From Acidobacteriota bacterium (GTDB taxonomy: Bacteria; Acidobacteriota; UBA6911; RPQK01; JAJDTT01): a DNA stretch of 64,000 bases. Below, piece by piece: positions 28,708 through 37,756 of this stretch; the first letter of the stretch is position 1; each line of letters opens with the position of its first letter. The stretch is from the NCBI GenBank assembly GCA_965209055.1, contig OZ242374.1, forward strand, positions 2,208,001-2,272,000. Direction: 5' to 3'. The position numbers and the translations under genes are program-made. The notes beneath the pieces are model-generated. The model had not been told where the DNA came from, did no database searches, and was given only the letters and a program-made list of their open reading frames with translations.

Positions 28708-30198
28708 ATGATCCGATTCCCGTTTGGTCCCCTCAATTCATTCCGCTACGGGTCCGTCGCCTGCGGAGTCTGGACGGCTGTCTCCGTCATGGCGTTGGCG
28801 TCGGGTCCCTCGTCCGAGCCCATCGATCTGGGTTCCCGCCTGGAGCCCCTGGTGGATCGATTCCTGATCCAGTCATTGGCCGGCGGCGCACGCCTCCAGC
28901 TCCACAAGCCTCAACGGCGGGAAGTGGTCCTGGTGCACGATGCTCCCTGGGAGGGCAACCTCACCGCCCATCACACCCTCTTCCGGGACGGCGGCATCTA
29001 CCGCATGTACTACGGAGGCCGGCACTACCAGCCGGGGCGGAAGGTCCGGCACGTGTTGGTCTGCTATGCCGAGAGCCGGGACGGCATTCACTGGACGCGC
29101 CCCAACCTGGGACAGTTCGAATACGAAGGGTCCCGCGCCAACAACATCGTCTGGATGGACGATCCCTGGGCCGGCTCGGAACAGCGCAATCCCATGGCGG
29201 TCTTCAAGGACACCAGCCCGGACGCCGCGCCCGAAGCCCGGTACAAGTCGATCGCCCGGGGCGACGACGGCGTCTACGCCCTCAAGTCGCCCGACGGCAT
29301 CCACTGGTCCCTTCTGTCCAAGGAGCCGGTGATTCCCAAGGGGGACATGTCCCTCGACTCCCAGAACCTGGCTTTCTGGGACAGCCGGAGGGGCCGCTAC
29401 GTCTGCTATCTCCGAAGCGGGCGCACCCATCCCACGGGACAGCGCGTCCGTGACGTCAAGACCGCCGTCTCCCGCGACTTCCTGATCTGGTCCGAACCGG
29501 TCTTCCTGGAGTATCCGGGAGCGCCGGTGGAGCATCTGTACACCAACCAGATCCGGCCCTACGCTCGCGCTCCCCACATCTATCTGGGGTTCCCCAAACG
29601 GTTCGTTCCCGAAAGAAACCAGGACCGGAAATTCTCGGGAGTTTCGGACGGGGTTTTCATGAGCAGCCGGGACGGCATTCACTTTCGCCGCTGGGGAGAA
29701 GCGATCGTCCGGCCCGGGCTCCAGCCGGAGCGCTGGGTGACCCGCAACAACATGATCGGCTGGGGAATCCTCACACTTCCCTCATCCGTAGCGGGCGAAC
29801 CCGAAGAACTCTCCATCTACGCCACGGAAGGGTATTACTCGGGGCCGGCCAGCCGCCTGCGCCGTTACACCTACCGGCTGGACGGCTTCGTGTCGGTGCA
29901 GGCGCCTCTGGCCGGCGGCGAAATGACCACCCGGCTCATTCGCTTCAGCGGCTCCCGCCTGGTCCTGAACTATTCGACCTCGGCCGCGGGGAGCATCCGG
30001 GTCGAGATCCAGGACGAGACGGGCGGACCCGTTCCCGGATTCTCGCTACAGGATTCCCGGGAAATGTTCGGCGACTCGGTGGAACAGGCCGTGAGCTGGA
30101 AACGGACCAGCGATCTGGGCTCCCTGTCCGGCAGAACGGTGCGCCTTAGATTTCTCCTGAAAGACGCCGATCTCTACGCCCTCCGGTTTCTTCCCTGA
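28708..30198 (+). CDS. Exported Asp-box five-bladed propeller, glycosidase-like hypothetical protein (close paralog of divergent neighbour)
   Basis: RBS GAGGA; PWEGN, CYAESRDGIHW, LDSQNLAFWD, EHLYTN, FPKRFVP, RLDGFVS. Confidence 0.75.
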   Translation: MIRFPFGPLNSFRYGSVACGVWTAVSVMALASGPSSEPIDLGSRLEPLVDRFLIQSLAGGARLQLHKPQRREVVLVHDAPWEGNLTAHHTLFRDGGIYRMYYGGRHYQPGRKVRHVLVCYAESRDGIHWTRPNLGQFEYEGSRANNIVWMDDPWAGSEQRNPMAVFKDTSPDAAPEARYKSIARGDDGVYALKSPDGIHWSLLSKEPVIPKGDMSLDSQNLAFWDSRRGRYVCYLRSGRTHPTGQRVRDVKTAVSRDFLIWSEPVFLEYPGAPVEHLYTNQIRPYARAPHIYLGFPKRFVPERNQDRKFSGVSDGVFMSSRDGIHFRRWGEAIVRPGLQPERWVTRNNMIGWGILTLPSSVAGEPEELSIYATEGYYSGPASRLRRYTYRLDGFVSVQAPLAGGEMTTRLIRFSGSRLVLNYSTSAAGSIRVEIQDETGGPVPGFSLQDSREMFGDSVEQAVSWKRTSDLGSLSGRTVRLRFLLKDADLYALRFLP

Positions 30199-30209
30199 TC
30201 CTGCCTCTT

Positions 30210-31754
30210 TCATTCGACGGGGCCTCCGTCACCGTGCAGGTCCCGGAATTGAAAGGCGTACAGCTTCACGTCCCGGAGCTTCCAGTGGAGGCGCACCGGC
30301 CGTCCCGAAAGGGCCGACACATCCGGTCCCTTCCGCCAAGTCGCGATGCGCCGAACCGAATTCCCGCCCAGCACCTGCGAATCCTCCAGGGAATAGCCCG
30401 GGATCGGTTCCCCTTCCCGGTCCAATAGTGCGATCCGGACCGATCCCCCGGCGCCGGCGTCCATGTTCAACTCGAGACGGTTGCCGTGGAAGCGGATCGG
30501 CCGGGTGACGATCTCTCCCCCCCGGTAGTCGGCGTCGGCGGACACGAAGCCGTCCAGCCTCAGGACCAGCCGGCTGATCACGCCGTTGCCTCCCTGCTCC
30601 AGTGCGTCCCTGTCGCCGTGCGTGTAGTCGAATCCCACGTAGTACATCCACAGTTCGTCGCCTCGACGCAGCATGCCCCGTCCCATGTACATGTGACCGC
30701 TGTCGTAGGAACCGTCCCGGCCTCTTCGCACGAAGGGACTCCGGGAGGGGCGCGAGAAGTGAACCCCGTCGCGGCTCACCGCCAGTTGAATGTCCATGGT
30801 CCCGTCGTTGCGGCGCGCCGACTCGCCCACGAAGTGGTAGTAGGCGCTGGGAAATACGAAATAGGCCCGATCGGCGTACGGGTAGCGGACAGCGGCCGAA
30901 TTGTAGAAGTCGGCGTCCCTGCGGTCCCCCGAGTCCATGGCCAGCACGATCCTGGCGGGAGGCCACCGGTCCAGCCGGTCCGTCGTCATGCGCCAGATCT
31001 TCCGCCCCTTCCTCACGCCGGCGGGGAGGACTGGCCGAGCCAGCGCGCCCCGGGAATCGAAGTGACCGATGGTCTTGGTGTAGGCGACGTATCTTCCGAT
31101 GGCCGGATCCCAGAAGGCCACGTCGTGGGTGTCGCTGATCTGGCGCGTGGCCGGTCTTCCGTACAACGGCTTGAAGCTCAACCCGTCGGCGGAGGCGTAG
31201 ACCCAGGATCCGGCTCCGGCGACCCGGTCCTCAAGCATCGCCACGCGGTTTCTCCCGAAGTACTTGTATCGCTCCTCCGGCGGCGCGTTGGGATCGATGA
31301 ACACGCTCCCTGGGGCCGTTGGGATCGAGATGTTGTTCTGCCTGGAGCCCCGAAACGCGTAGGCGCCGACGATGGGCTTGCGCCAGTTGATGCCGTCGTC
31401 CGACTCGGCGTAGCAGACCGTGCGGTAGGGGAGCTGATCCTCCGGTTGACGGTCGTACATGGCGTCATACCACATCCGGAATTTTCCCTGGTCCTCCATG
31501 ACGGTACAGGGATAGCCCACACGGACTGCTTCCCAGGGACGATCCGGGCCGGGCGCGAGGTTCCGTTCCCGGGTCTTGTGAGGCGGGTTCACGGTCAGCC
31601 GGACACCGTGCCGGGAGGAGACGAACAAGTCGTCGACGAAGAGCTGTTTCTTCGATCCCACGTCGATGACGGTTCCGGCAGGAGAAGGGTTGGCGTAAAG
31701 GGGAAGCGGGTGCAGGAGCAGGAATGGAACCAGGCTGAAGATTGTCCGACTCAT
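30210..31754 (-). CDS. Exported Asp-box five-bladed propeller, glycosidase-like hypothetical protein
   Basis: Signal peptide; QLFVDD, PWE, CYAESDDGINW, SDTHDVAFWD, VSRDGVHF, LRLDGFVS. Confidence 0.75.
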   Translation of the reverse strand: MSRTIFSLVPFLLLHPLPLYANPSPAGTVIDVGSKKQLFVDDLFVSSRHGVRLTVNPPHKTRERNLAPGPDRPWEAVRVGYPCTVMEDQGKFRMWYDAMYDRQPEDQLPYRTVCYAESDDGINWRKPIVGAYAFRGSRQNNISIPTAPGSVFIDPNAPPEERYKYFGRNRVAMLEDRVAGAGSWVYASADGLSFKPLYGRPATRQISDTHDVAFWDPAIGRYVAYTKTIGHFDSRGALARPVLPAGVRKGRKIWRMTTDRLDRWPPARIVLAMDSGDRRDADFYNSAAVRYPYADRAYFVFPSAYYHFVGESARRNDGTMDIQLAVSRDGVHFSRPSRSPFVRRGRDGSYDSGHMYMGRGMLRRGDELWMYYVGFDYTHGDRDALEQGGNGVISRLVLRLDGFVSADADYRGGEIVTRPIRFHGNRLELNMDAGAGGSVRIALLDREGEPIPGYSLEDSQVLGGNSVRRIATWRKGPDVSALSGRPVRLHWKLRDVKLYAFQFRDLHGDGGPVE

Positions 31755-31832
31755 CGCTTCGCTCGTACGGACTCCTTGAGGCCCTTGGCGGGAGACGCCG
31801 TCCAGTGTACCGTTCGGACCGGGATCCTGCCC

Positions 31833-33302
31833 ATGAGTTTAGAGCCTCGATCCAGTCCTAAGCGCCCCGGCTCCGCCAGGAGCCGGTCTCGCCGGGAGGT
31901 CTTGAAGACGGCCGCAGCCTTGACCGGCGCCGCGGTGGGGGCCCCGTCGCTGCTCCGGGGCCGGGAGAGACGGCCCAACGTGCTGCTCATCATCGCCGAC
32001 GACCTGGCCGCCTGGATGACCGGCTGCTACGGCAACCGGGTGATCCGGACGCCCCATATCGATCGTCTGGCGGCCGGCGGCACCCGTTTCGAGAACGGGT
32101 TCGTCTGTACCCCCATCTGCTCTCCCAGCCGGGCCACGCTGATGACGGGACGGATTCCACCCCAGACCGGGATCCACGACTGGCTCACGCCGCGCCCCAT
32201 TGCCAACCCCCCACAGGGACAGGCGCGGCTTCCCCGCAGCTGGCGCGACGAAATCTTCATCTCCGACCTCTTGAAGGAGGAGGGCTACCGTTGCGGCTAC
32301 AGCGGCAAGTGGCATCTGGGAGAAAACGGCCGGCCCCAGCATGGTTACGGGTTCTGGTATACGCAGGACCGCCCCAACCGGAACCAGGATCCCAACATGT
32401 TCCGGGGCACGGAGCCGGTGAAGGAGAAGGGCTACCTCGCCGACCTCATCCACCAGGAGGGCATCCGATTCCTGGAACAGGTCCGAGGCCGGCGCGAGCC
32501 CTGGTTTCTCACCTTGTCGCACTTCAATCCTCACACTCCGTACGCGGGTCATCCCCAGCAGTACTACGACATGTATGCCCAGGAGGACTTCGAGTCGGTG
32601 GGATTTGAGCCCAAGCGCCGGGACGCCCTGCGGGAGGCGGAGCTGATGGACGATCCGGTCACCAACATGAGGGGCGCCGCCGCCTCCACCACCGCCCTCG
32701 ACGACCGGATCGGCCGGATTTTGGACTACTTGGACGATAACGGCCTGACCGGGAACACGCTGGTCCTGTTCGTGGGTGACAACGGCTACCTGCACGGCCG
32801 CCACGGCCTCTGGAGCAAGGGAGAGGCGGCCTGGCCTCCGGTCATGTACGAGGAGGTTCTGAGGGTCCCCACCTTGTGGCGCTGGCCGGGAAGGATCGAG
32901 TCCGGCGCGGTGCGCCGGGAGCTGGTGAGCTTCTACGACGTTCTGCCCACCCTCTGCGAATTGCTGGGCATTCAACTGCCGCGGGAGGGCCATTACTGCG
33001 GCCGGAGCTACGGGCCGCTGCTCGAAGGGCGGAGGCCGGACGGCTGGGTGGACCGGGTCTACGCCTACCTGGGCAACACCTACTGCGTCCGGGAACCTCG
33101 ATACAAGTACGTGATGCGCAACCAGGGTTACGGTCCCAACGAGTTGTGGGATCTGGAGACCGATCCCACCGAGCATCGCAACCGTGTCGGCGACCCGGCG
33201 CTGGCGGGAGTCACGGACCGGTTGCGCGGAGAGTTGGTCAACTGGTTGCGGCGGTACGGCGAGAAGTGGGCGGTTCTGCCCTTCGAGGAAGGCAGGGTTT
33301 GA
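31833..33302 (+). CDS. Tat-exported Cys-type (formylglycine) sulfatase
   Basis: SRREVLK; PNVLLIIADD; CSPSRATLMTG (CxPxR); GKWHLG; GDNG; ELWDLETDP.E. Confidence 0.93.
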   Translation: MSLEPRSSPKRPGSARSRSRREVLKTAAALTGAAVGAPSLLRGRERRPNVLLIIADDLAAWMTGCYGNRVIRTPHIDRLAAGGTRFENGFVCTPICSPSRATLMTGRIPPQTGIHDWLTPRPIANPPQGQARLPRSWRDEIFISDLLKEEGYRCGYSGKWHLGENGRPQHGYGFWYTQDRPNRNQDPNMFRGTEPVKEKGYLADLIHQEGIRFLEQVRGRREPWFLTLSHFNPHTPYAGHPQQYYDMYAQEDFESVGFEPKRRDALREAELMDDPVTNMRGAAASTTALDDRIGRILDYLDDNGLTGNTLVLFVGDNGYLHGRHGLWSKGEAAWPPVMYEEVLRVPTLWRWPGRIESGAVRRELVSFYDVLPTLCELLGIQLPREGHYCGRSYGPLLEGRRPDGWVDRVYAYLGNTYCVREPRYKYVMRNQGYGPNELWDLETDPTEHRNRVGDPALAGVTDRLRGELVNWLRRYGEKWAVLPFEEGRV

Positions 33303-33304
33303 AA

Positions 33305-34030
33305 ATGAGTCGATATCCAAGTGGACTTCGATGGGTGACCTTCGTGATGTTGCTGGGTCTGGCGTTGGGATGCCGGCCGCCGTCCCGCGTGGACCGGAGG
33401 GCACCTGATTCAGACCGGCCGGGAGCGAGGCTCATCCTCTACAGCGGCTTCGACAGTCTGGGCAAGAGCGAGGGCTGGCACAGCTACGACTACGACGGCG
33501 GCATCGAGAGCGGTCCCGACCTGTTCCATCCGGTGAGCTGGGAACCCAAGGGAGGCGCCTTCGGTTCGGGATACATCTGGACCGACGATTCCCGCTGGAG
33601 AATCGACACCCCGGAGCAGCCCAACTCCATTCTGGCGCTGATCTTCTACCGCAGGTGGGTGGGCGGCCCCAAGCTGGACCTGCGGGGAGCGCGGATCTCC
33701 GTGAACCTGCGGGGAGACGACCTGGATCTCAAGGGCGCCCGGTGCTACTTCTGGGCCCACATCCGAAACAACCGCTGGCACTTCACGGACCAGCCCATCC
33801 CCATCTCCCAGGGATCCTGGGGACGGCGCCATACCTTCGTCCTGGAGAACGACGAGACCAAGTGGACCCGCACCTGGGCCTGGACGGGTCCGGCCAGCCT
33901 GGACCGGGTGTTGAGGGAATGCGTGAGCTACGGGTTCTCCTTCATCGGATTTCCGGAAGGAGAAGAGGTGACGGGGCGGCTCTCCATGGACGTTCTTCGG
34001 ATCGAGGCCCGGGTCGCCGACATGCGGTGA
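33305..34030 (+). CDS. Hypothetical lipoprotein, Trp-rich beta domain (possible carbohydrate-binding module)
   Basis: Lipobox LALGC; starts 3 nt after sulfatase stop. Confidence 0.6.
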   Translation: MSRYPSGLRWVTFVMLLGLALGCRPPSRVDRRAPDSDRPGARLILYSGFDSLGKSEGWHSYDYDGGIESGPDLFHPVSWEPKGGAFGSGYIWTDDSRWRIDTPEQPNSILALIFYRRWVGGPKLDLRGARISVNLRGDDLDLKGARCYFWAHIRNNRWHFTDQPIPISQGSWGRRHTFVLENDETKWTRTWAWTGPASLDRVLRECVSYGFSFIGFPEGEEVTGRLSMDVLRIEARVADMR

Positions 34031-34035
34031 CCGGG

Positions 34036-35277
34036 TTAACGATCTTTCATGATCTCCCCGTAACTGTAGACGATTCCCGTCACGGCGGGCTCCTTCTCGA
34101 ACGCCGCAACGAGGCTCTTGCGGAGCTCGGGCGTCTGTGAGCCCCGTCCGTGGGCGGGATGGCGGAAGCTCATGCGGAAACCTCCGGGCGCCAGGTAGAG
34201 GCCGGCTCCGGATCGCTTGCTGAGCGGACCATAGCTTTGCCGAACGGCGTCCTCGATGGGTGGAAGGCCCATGTCCTCTTCCTGATTCTGGATGTACCCC
34301 ATGGCCCTCTGGGTCCGGTTGGGATAACGGGCTCTCTCGTTGGTGATGTGACCCACGACCAGTGAGTCGATGATTCCCTCGGAGACCCACCGGCGCCACT
34401 GCAGCTTCATGTTGCCGAAGGGAGGCCCGATATAGTCTCCCTGCGCCACTCCGATGGAAAGGGTCTGCCCTTTCTTCTTGAGGTGCTCCTTCACCTCGAC
34501 CAGAAACCGGGTCAGGTACTCCCCCCGGAGTTCCCTCCACTTCTCCAGATCGAAGCTGGCCTGGAGGATGTTCCGGCCGTATCGGCGCTGATACTCCTTG
34601 ACGATGGGCTCGTTGTACCCAAACTGGTCGGCATGCTCGGCGGGCGGCGAATGCGTGCGCACACTGAGAAAGACGCCGTCGAAATCCAGAGGATCGGCGA
34701 AAGCGCGGATCACCCTGAGCATGTATTCCCTCACCTCGGGGTAGGCGTACTCCATCACGCCCCAGTGATACTTTCGCTGATTGGCGGTCAGAGACCGGTC
34801 GGCGGAGAGGAACTGGGGGTTCTCCCGGGTGAAGTTCGATTGCCATGAGAAAAAATCGGAGTCGCTGTAAAGAACGTGCTCCGGGCATCCCTCATCGAAG
34901 ATGGTGATCCACATGTCGACCTTCATGCCCTGGTCGTGTATGGCCTGGACGGCGACTTCCAGCAACCGCTGTTCCCAGGCCTGTTTGGTGGTCTTCAGCC
35001 ACTCCTGTATGTAGGCGTTCCTGTAACTGGGTTTGATCTGGTGAAAGAGGAGAACCCGGAAGTCGTCGGCGCGAAACAGGACCCTGTCCACGCCCCGGTC
35101 CTTCCAGATCCGGGCCGCCTCGACCACCTTTTCGGGCGTGTCGAGCTGTGCCGTGCCCTCTCCCCTGTGTTGCCAGATGACGTCGCCCCAGCTCAGGATC
35201 ATGAGCTTCTCCTTGGCCTGGACAGGCAGGGAGAGAAGGAGGATGGAAGCAGCGGTCAATAGTGTCCTGTTGAGCAT
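34036..35277 (-). CDS. Exported TIM-barrel glycoside hydrolase-like protein (GHL10/DUF187-like)
   Basis: Signal peptide; AIHDQGMKVDMW, YAYPEVREY, DFDGVFL, FGYNEP..EYQRRYG. Confidence 0.55.
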   Translation of the reverse strand: MLNRTLLTAASILLLSLPVQAKEKLMILSWGDVIWQHRGEGTAQLDTPEKVVEAARIWKDRGVDRVLFRADDFRVLLFHQIKPSYRNAYIQEWLKTTKQAWEQRLLEVAVQAIHDQGMKVDMWITIFDEGCPEHVLYSDSDFFSWQSNFTRENPQFLSADRSLTANQRKYHWGVMEYAYPEVREYMLRVIRAFADPLDFDGVFLSVRTHSPPAEHADQFGYNEPIVKEYQRRYGRNILQASFDLEKWRELRGEYLTRFLVEVKEHLKKKGQTLSIGVAQGDYIGPPFGNMKLQWRRWVSEGIIDSLVVGHITNERARYPNRTQRAMGYIQNQEEDMGLPPIEDAVRQSYGPLSKRSGAGLYLAPGGFRMSFRHPAHGRGSQTPELRKSLVAAFEKEPAVTGIVYSYGEIMKDR

Positions 35278-35330
35278 GTCTTGATTCCAGTCTTGGTTTT
35301 TCCCGGTCCGCCGCGCAAGAGGAGGGAAGG

Positions 35331-36530
35331 CTACCAATCGACGATCGAACCGTCGTCCCTATCGTAAATCGTCCGGGACTCGCGCGGTTCGCCGACCCTC
35401 GCCATCAACTTGTCCTCGTCGATGGTGATGCCGAGACCGGGGTCCGTCGGCAGCGGACGGTGCCCGTTTCTGACCGGGGGCAGCGGTTTGGCCAGCAGGT
35501 CGTGCTCCAAGTCGCCGCGCTCCTGGATCAGGAAGTTGGGGATGCACGCCGCGATCTGGAAGCTGGCGGCCATCGACACGGGACCGTTGGGATTGTGGGG
35601 GGCCAGCGGAGCGTAATACGCCTCGGCCATTCCGGCAATAAGCCTGAGCTCGGTGATGCCGCCCGCGTAGCAGACGTCCGGCTGCAGGATATAGGCCGCG
35701 CGCTTTTCCAGGACCTCGCGGAATCCCCACTTGGTGAAGATGCGCTCTCCCGTGGCCAGCGGGATATGGGTCCTGGCGGCGATCTCGGCCATCACGTCCA
35801 CGTTGAGCGGCTGCACCACCTCCTCGTAGAACCACGGATGGTACGGTTCCAGCGCCTTGACCAGCAGCATGGCCGTCGGCGGCTGAACAGCGCCATGGAA
35901 GTCGATTCCGATGTCGACGCCGTCCCCGTACTTCTCGCGCAACGCCCGGAAGTTCTCCACCACGGCGTCCACGTATCTCTGGCCTTCGATGTACTTGATC
36001 GCCTGGCGTCCCATGGCGTTCGGGCCGACCTTCATGGCGTTGACGCCGGTCTCCTCGTTGACCTCTCCGTAGACCCGGATGCGGTCCCGGGTGGGCCCTC
36101 CCAGCAATTTGTACACCGGGACGCCGTAGACCTTTCCCTTGATGTCCCAGAGCGCCTGGTCGATGCCGCTCAGGATCGCCGTCTTGATGGGACCCCCGCG
36201 GTAGAAGGCCCCGCGGTGGATGGCCTGCCAATGGTGCACCACCCGGCACGGGTCCTGGCCCACCAGATAGTCCCCGACCTCCAGAGCGCCGGCGGCGCAC
36301 GCCTTGGCGTCGTCCTTGAGCATCTCGCCCCAACCCACGATCCCGGCGTCGGTGGACACCTTGACGAAGACCCAGGTGTTGGTCAGCACGAAGGTCTCGA
36401 TCTTGGTGACCTTGATCTTGTCGTTGGGGCCGACGGCGGCGGCGCTGGTGCGCCGGGCGGTGAAGAGGGCGTCGAGTCCGAACATGGCGCCCGCGGCGGC
36501 CCCGACACGGAGCCATTTGCGACGGTTCAT
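35331..36530 (-). CDS. Galactonate dehydratase-like enolase-superfamily enzyme with Tat-like N-terminus
   Basis: WVFVKVSTDAGIVGWGE, AFYRGGP, GIDQALWDIKGK, DFHG, TGERIFT, QPDVCYAGGITE, APHNP. Confidence 0.85.
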   Translation of the reverse strand: MNRRKWLRVGAAAGAMFGLDALFTARRTSAAAVGPNDKIKVTKIETFVLTNTWVFVKVSTDAGIVGWGEMLKDDAKACAAGALEVGDYLVGQDPCRVVHHWQAIHRGAFYRGGPIKTAILSGIDQALWDIKGKVYGVPVYKLLGGPTRDRIRVYGEVNEETGVNAMKVGPNAMGRQAIKYIEGQRYVDAVVENFRALREKYGDGVDIGIDFHGAVQPPTAMLLVKALEPYHPWFYEEVVQPLNVDVMAEIAARTHIPLATGERIFTKWGFREVLEKRAAYILQPDVCYAGGITELRLIAGMAEAYYAPLAPHNPNGPVSMAASFQIAACIPNFLIQERGDLEHDLLAKPLPPVRNGHRPLPTDPGLGITIDEDKLMARVGEPRESRTIYDRDDGSIVDW

Positions 36531-36552
36531 GATTCGCACAATGTTAGCGTGA

Positions 36553-36581
36553 GGAACGGCGGTTTCCAACCGCCGAACTCC
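36553..36581 (+). repeat. REP-like palindrome (type A)
   Basis: GGAACGGCGGTTTCCAACCGCCGAACTCC between divergent genes. Confidence 0.8.
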
Positions 36582-36618
36582 TTATACTCGCGCGAGGGCC
36601 GAAAGCTGGAGACCTGCC

Positions 36619-37749
36619 ATGAATGTCTACGAACGCCTGGGTGTGAAGAAACGGATCAACGCCGCCGCCAACGGGACGTCCATCGGCGGGTCCATCATGC
36701 TGCCCGAGGTGGTGGCGGCGATGCAGGAGGCCGGCCGTTCCCACGTCAGCATCCCGGAGCTCCTGGAACAGGCGGGGAACCGGATCGCCCAACTGGCGGG
36801 AGTCGACGCCTGCGCCATCACCAACGGAGCGGCCGCGGGAGTCGCCGTCTCGGTCGCCGCGTGCATGACGGGATCGAGCAACGCCCGGGTCCACCAGTTG
36901 CCCGACACGGCCGGGATGAAGGACGAGGTCATCGTCCAACGGATGCAGATCAACTTCTACGAGCTCATGATCCGGCTGACGGGAGCCCGGATCGTCCCCG
37001 TCGGCCTGGCCAATCGAACCTATCCCTGGCACCTGGAGGCGGCCTTCACCCCTCAGACGGCCGCGGTCGTCCACTTTCCCGCCTATTCGCCTCCCACCGA
37101 TCTCCCCATCGACCGGGTCGTCGAGCTGGCGCATGCCCGCGGAGTCCCGGTGATCGTGGACGCCGCAGCCGAGTTTCCTCCCTTCTCGATCCTGAGCCAC
37201 TACTGGAAGCTGGGAGCCGACCTCACCATTGTCAGCGGCGGCAAGGGCCTGCGGGGTCCCCAGTCTTCGGGCCTGATCCTGGGACGCAAGAGCCTGGTCG
37301 AGGCCTGCGTCATGAGCGGCAGTCCCAACCATGGCGTGGGACGCCCGATGAAGGTGGGCAAGGAGGAGATCGCCGGTCTCCTGACTGCCGTGGAACTCTG
37401 GTCCAACCCCGAGTTCGAGGGGAAGATGTTCGACTGCTGGCGGCGTCGCGCCGGTTCCATGATCGAGATCCTCGCCCGGGTTCCGGGTGTCCGGGCGCGG
37501 ACGGGAGATTCGCCATCCGCGTCGACGGGACTGGCCGTGCATCCCGACGGACTGCCGTTCACGCGGGTGGAATGGGACTCCGAAGGAATCGGCAAGGGCG
37601 TGGGACAGGTGATGGCGGAGTTGTGGGAGGGAGACCCCAGCATCATCGTGGCGGAGACGCCGTCCGGCATTCTTCTCAACCCAGCGACACTGGAGCCGGG
37701 TGAAGCGGAGATCGTGGCGAAGCGGGTGGCCGGCGTCTTGAGTGGGTAG
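36619..37749 (+). CDS. SelA-like PLP-dependent enzyme (DgaE/D-glucosaminate ammonia-lyase-like)
   Basis: YERLGVKKRINA, GGSIM, VIVDAAAE, SGGKGLRGPQSSG, GRPMKVGKEE. Confidence 0.85.
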   Translation: MNVYERLGVKKRINAAANGTSIGGSIMLPEVVAAMQEAGRSHVSIPELLEQAGNRIAQLAGVDACAITNGAAAGVAVSVAACMTGSSNARVHQLPDTAGMKDEVIVQRMQINFYELMIRLTGARIVPVGLANRTYPWHLEAAFTPQTAAVVHFPAYSPPTDLPIDRVVELAHARGVPVIVDAAAEFPPFSILSHYWKLGADLTIVSGGKGLRGPQSSGLILGRKSLVEACVMSGSPNHGVGRPMKVGKEEIAGLLTAVELWSNPEFEGKMFDCWRRRAGSMIEILARVPGVRARTGDSPSASTGLAVHPDGLPFTRVEWDSEGIGKGVGQVMAELWEGDPSIIVAETPSGILLNPATLEPGEAEIVAKRVAGVLSG

Positions 37750-37756
37750 ATCCGGG

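Noticed and set aside
36619-37749. True selenocysteine synthase selA
   Set aside because: Lacks the SelA N-terminal tRNA-binding extension, has no selB/selC/selD nearby, and its motifs match the DgaE-like group
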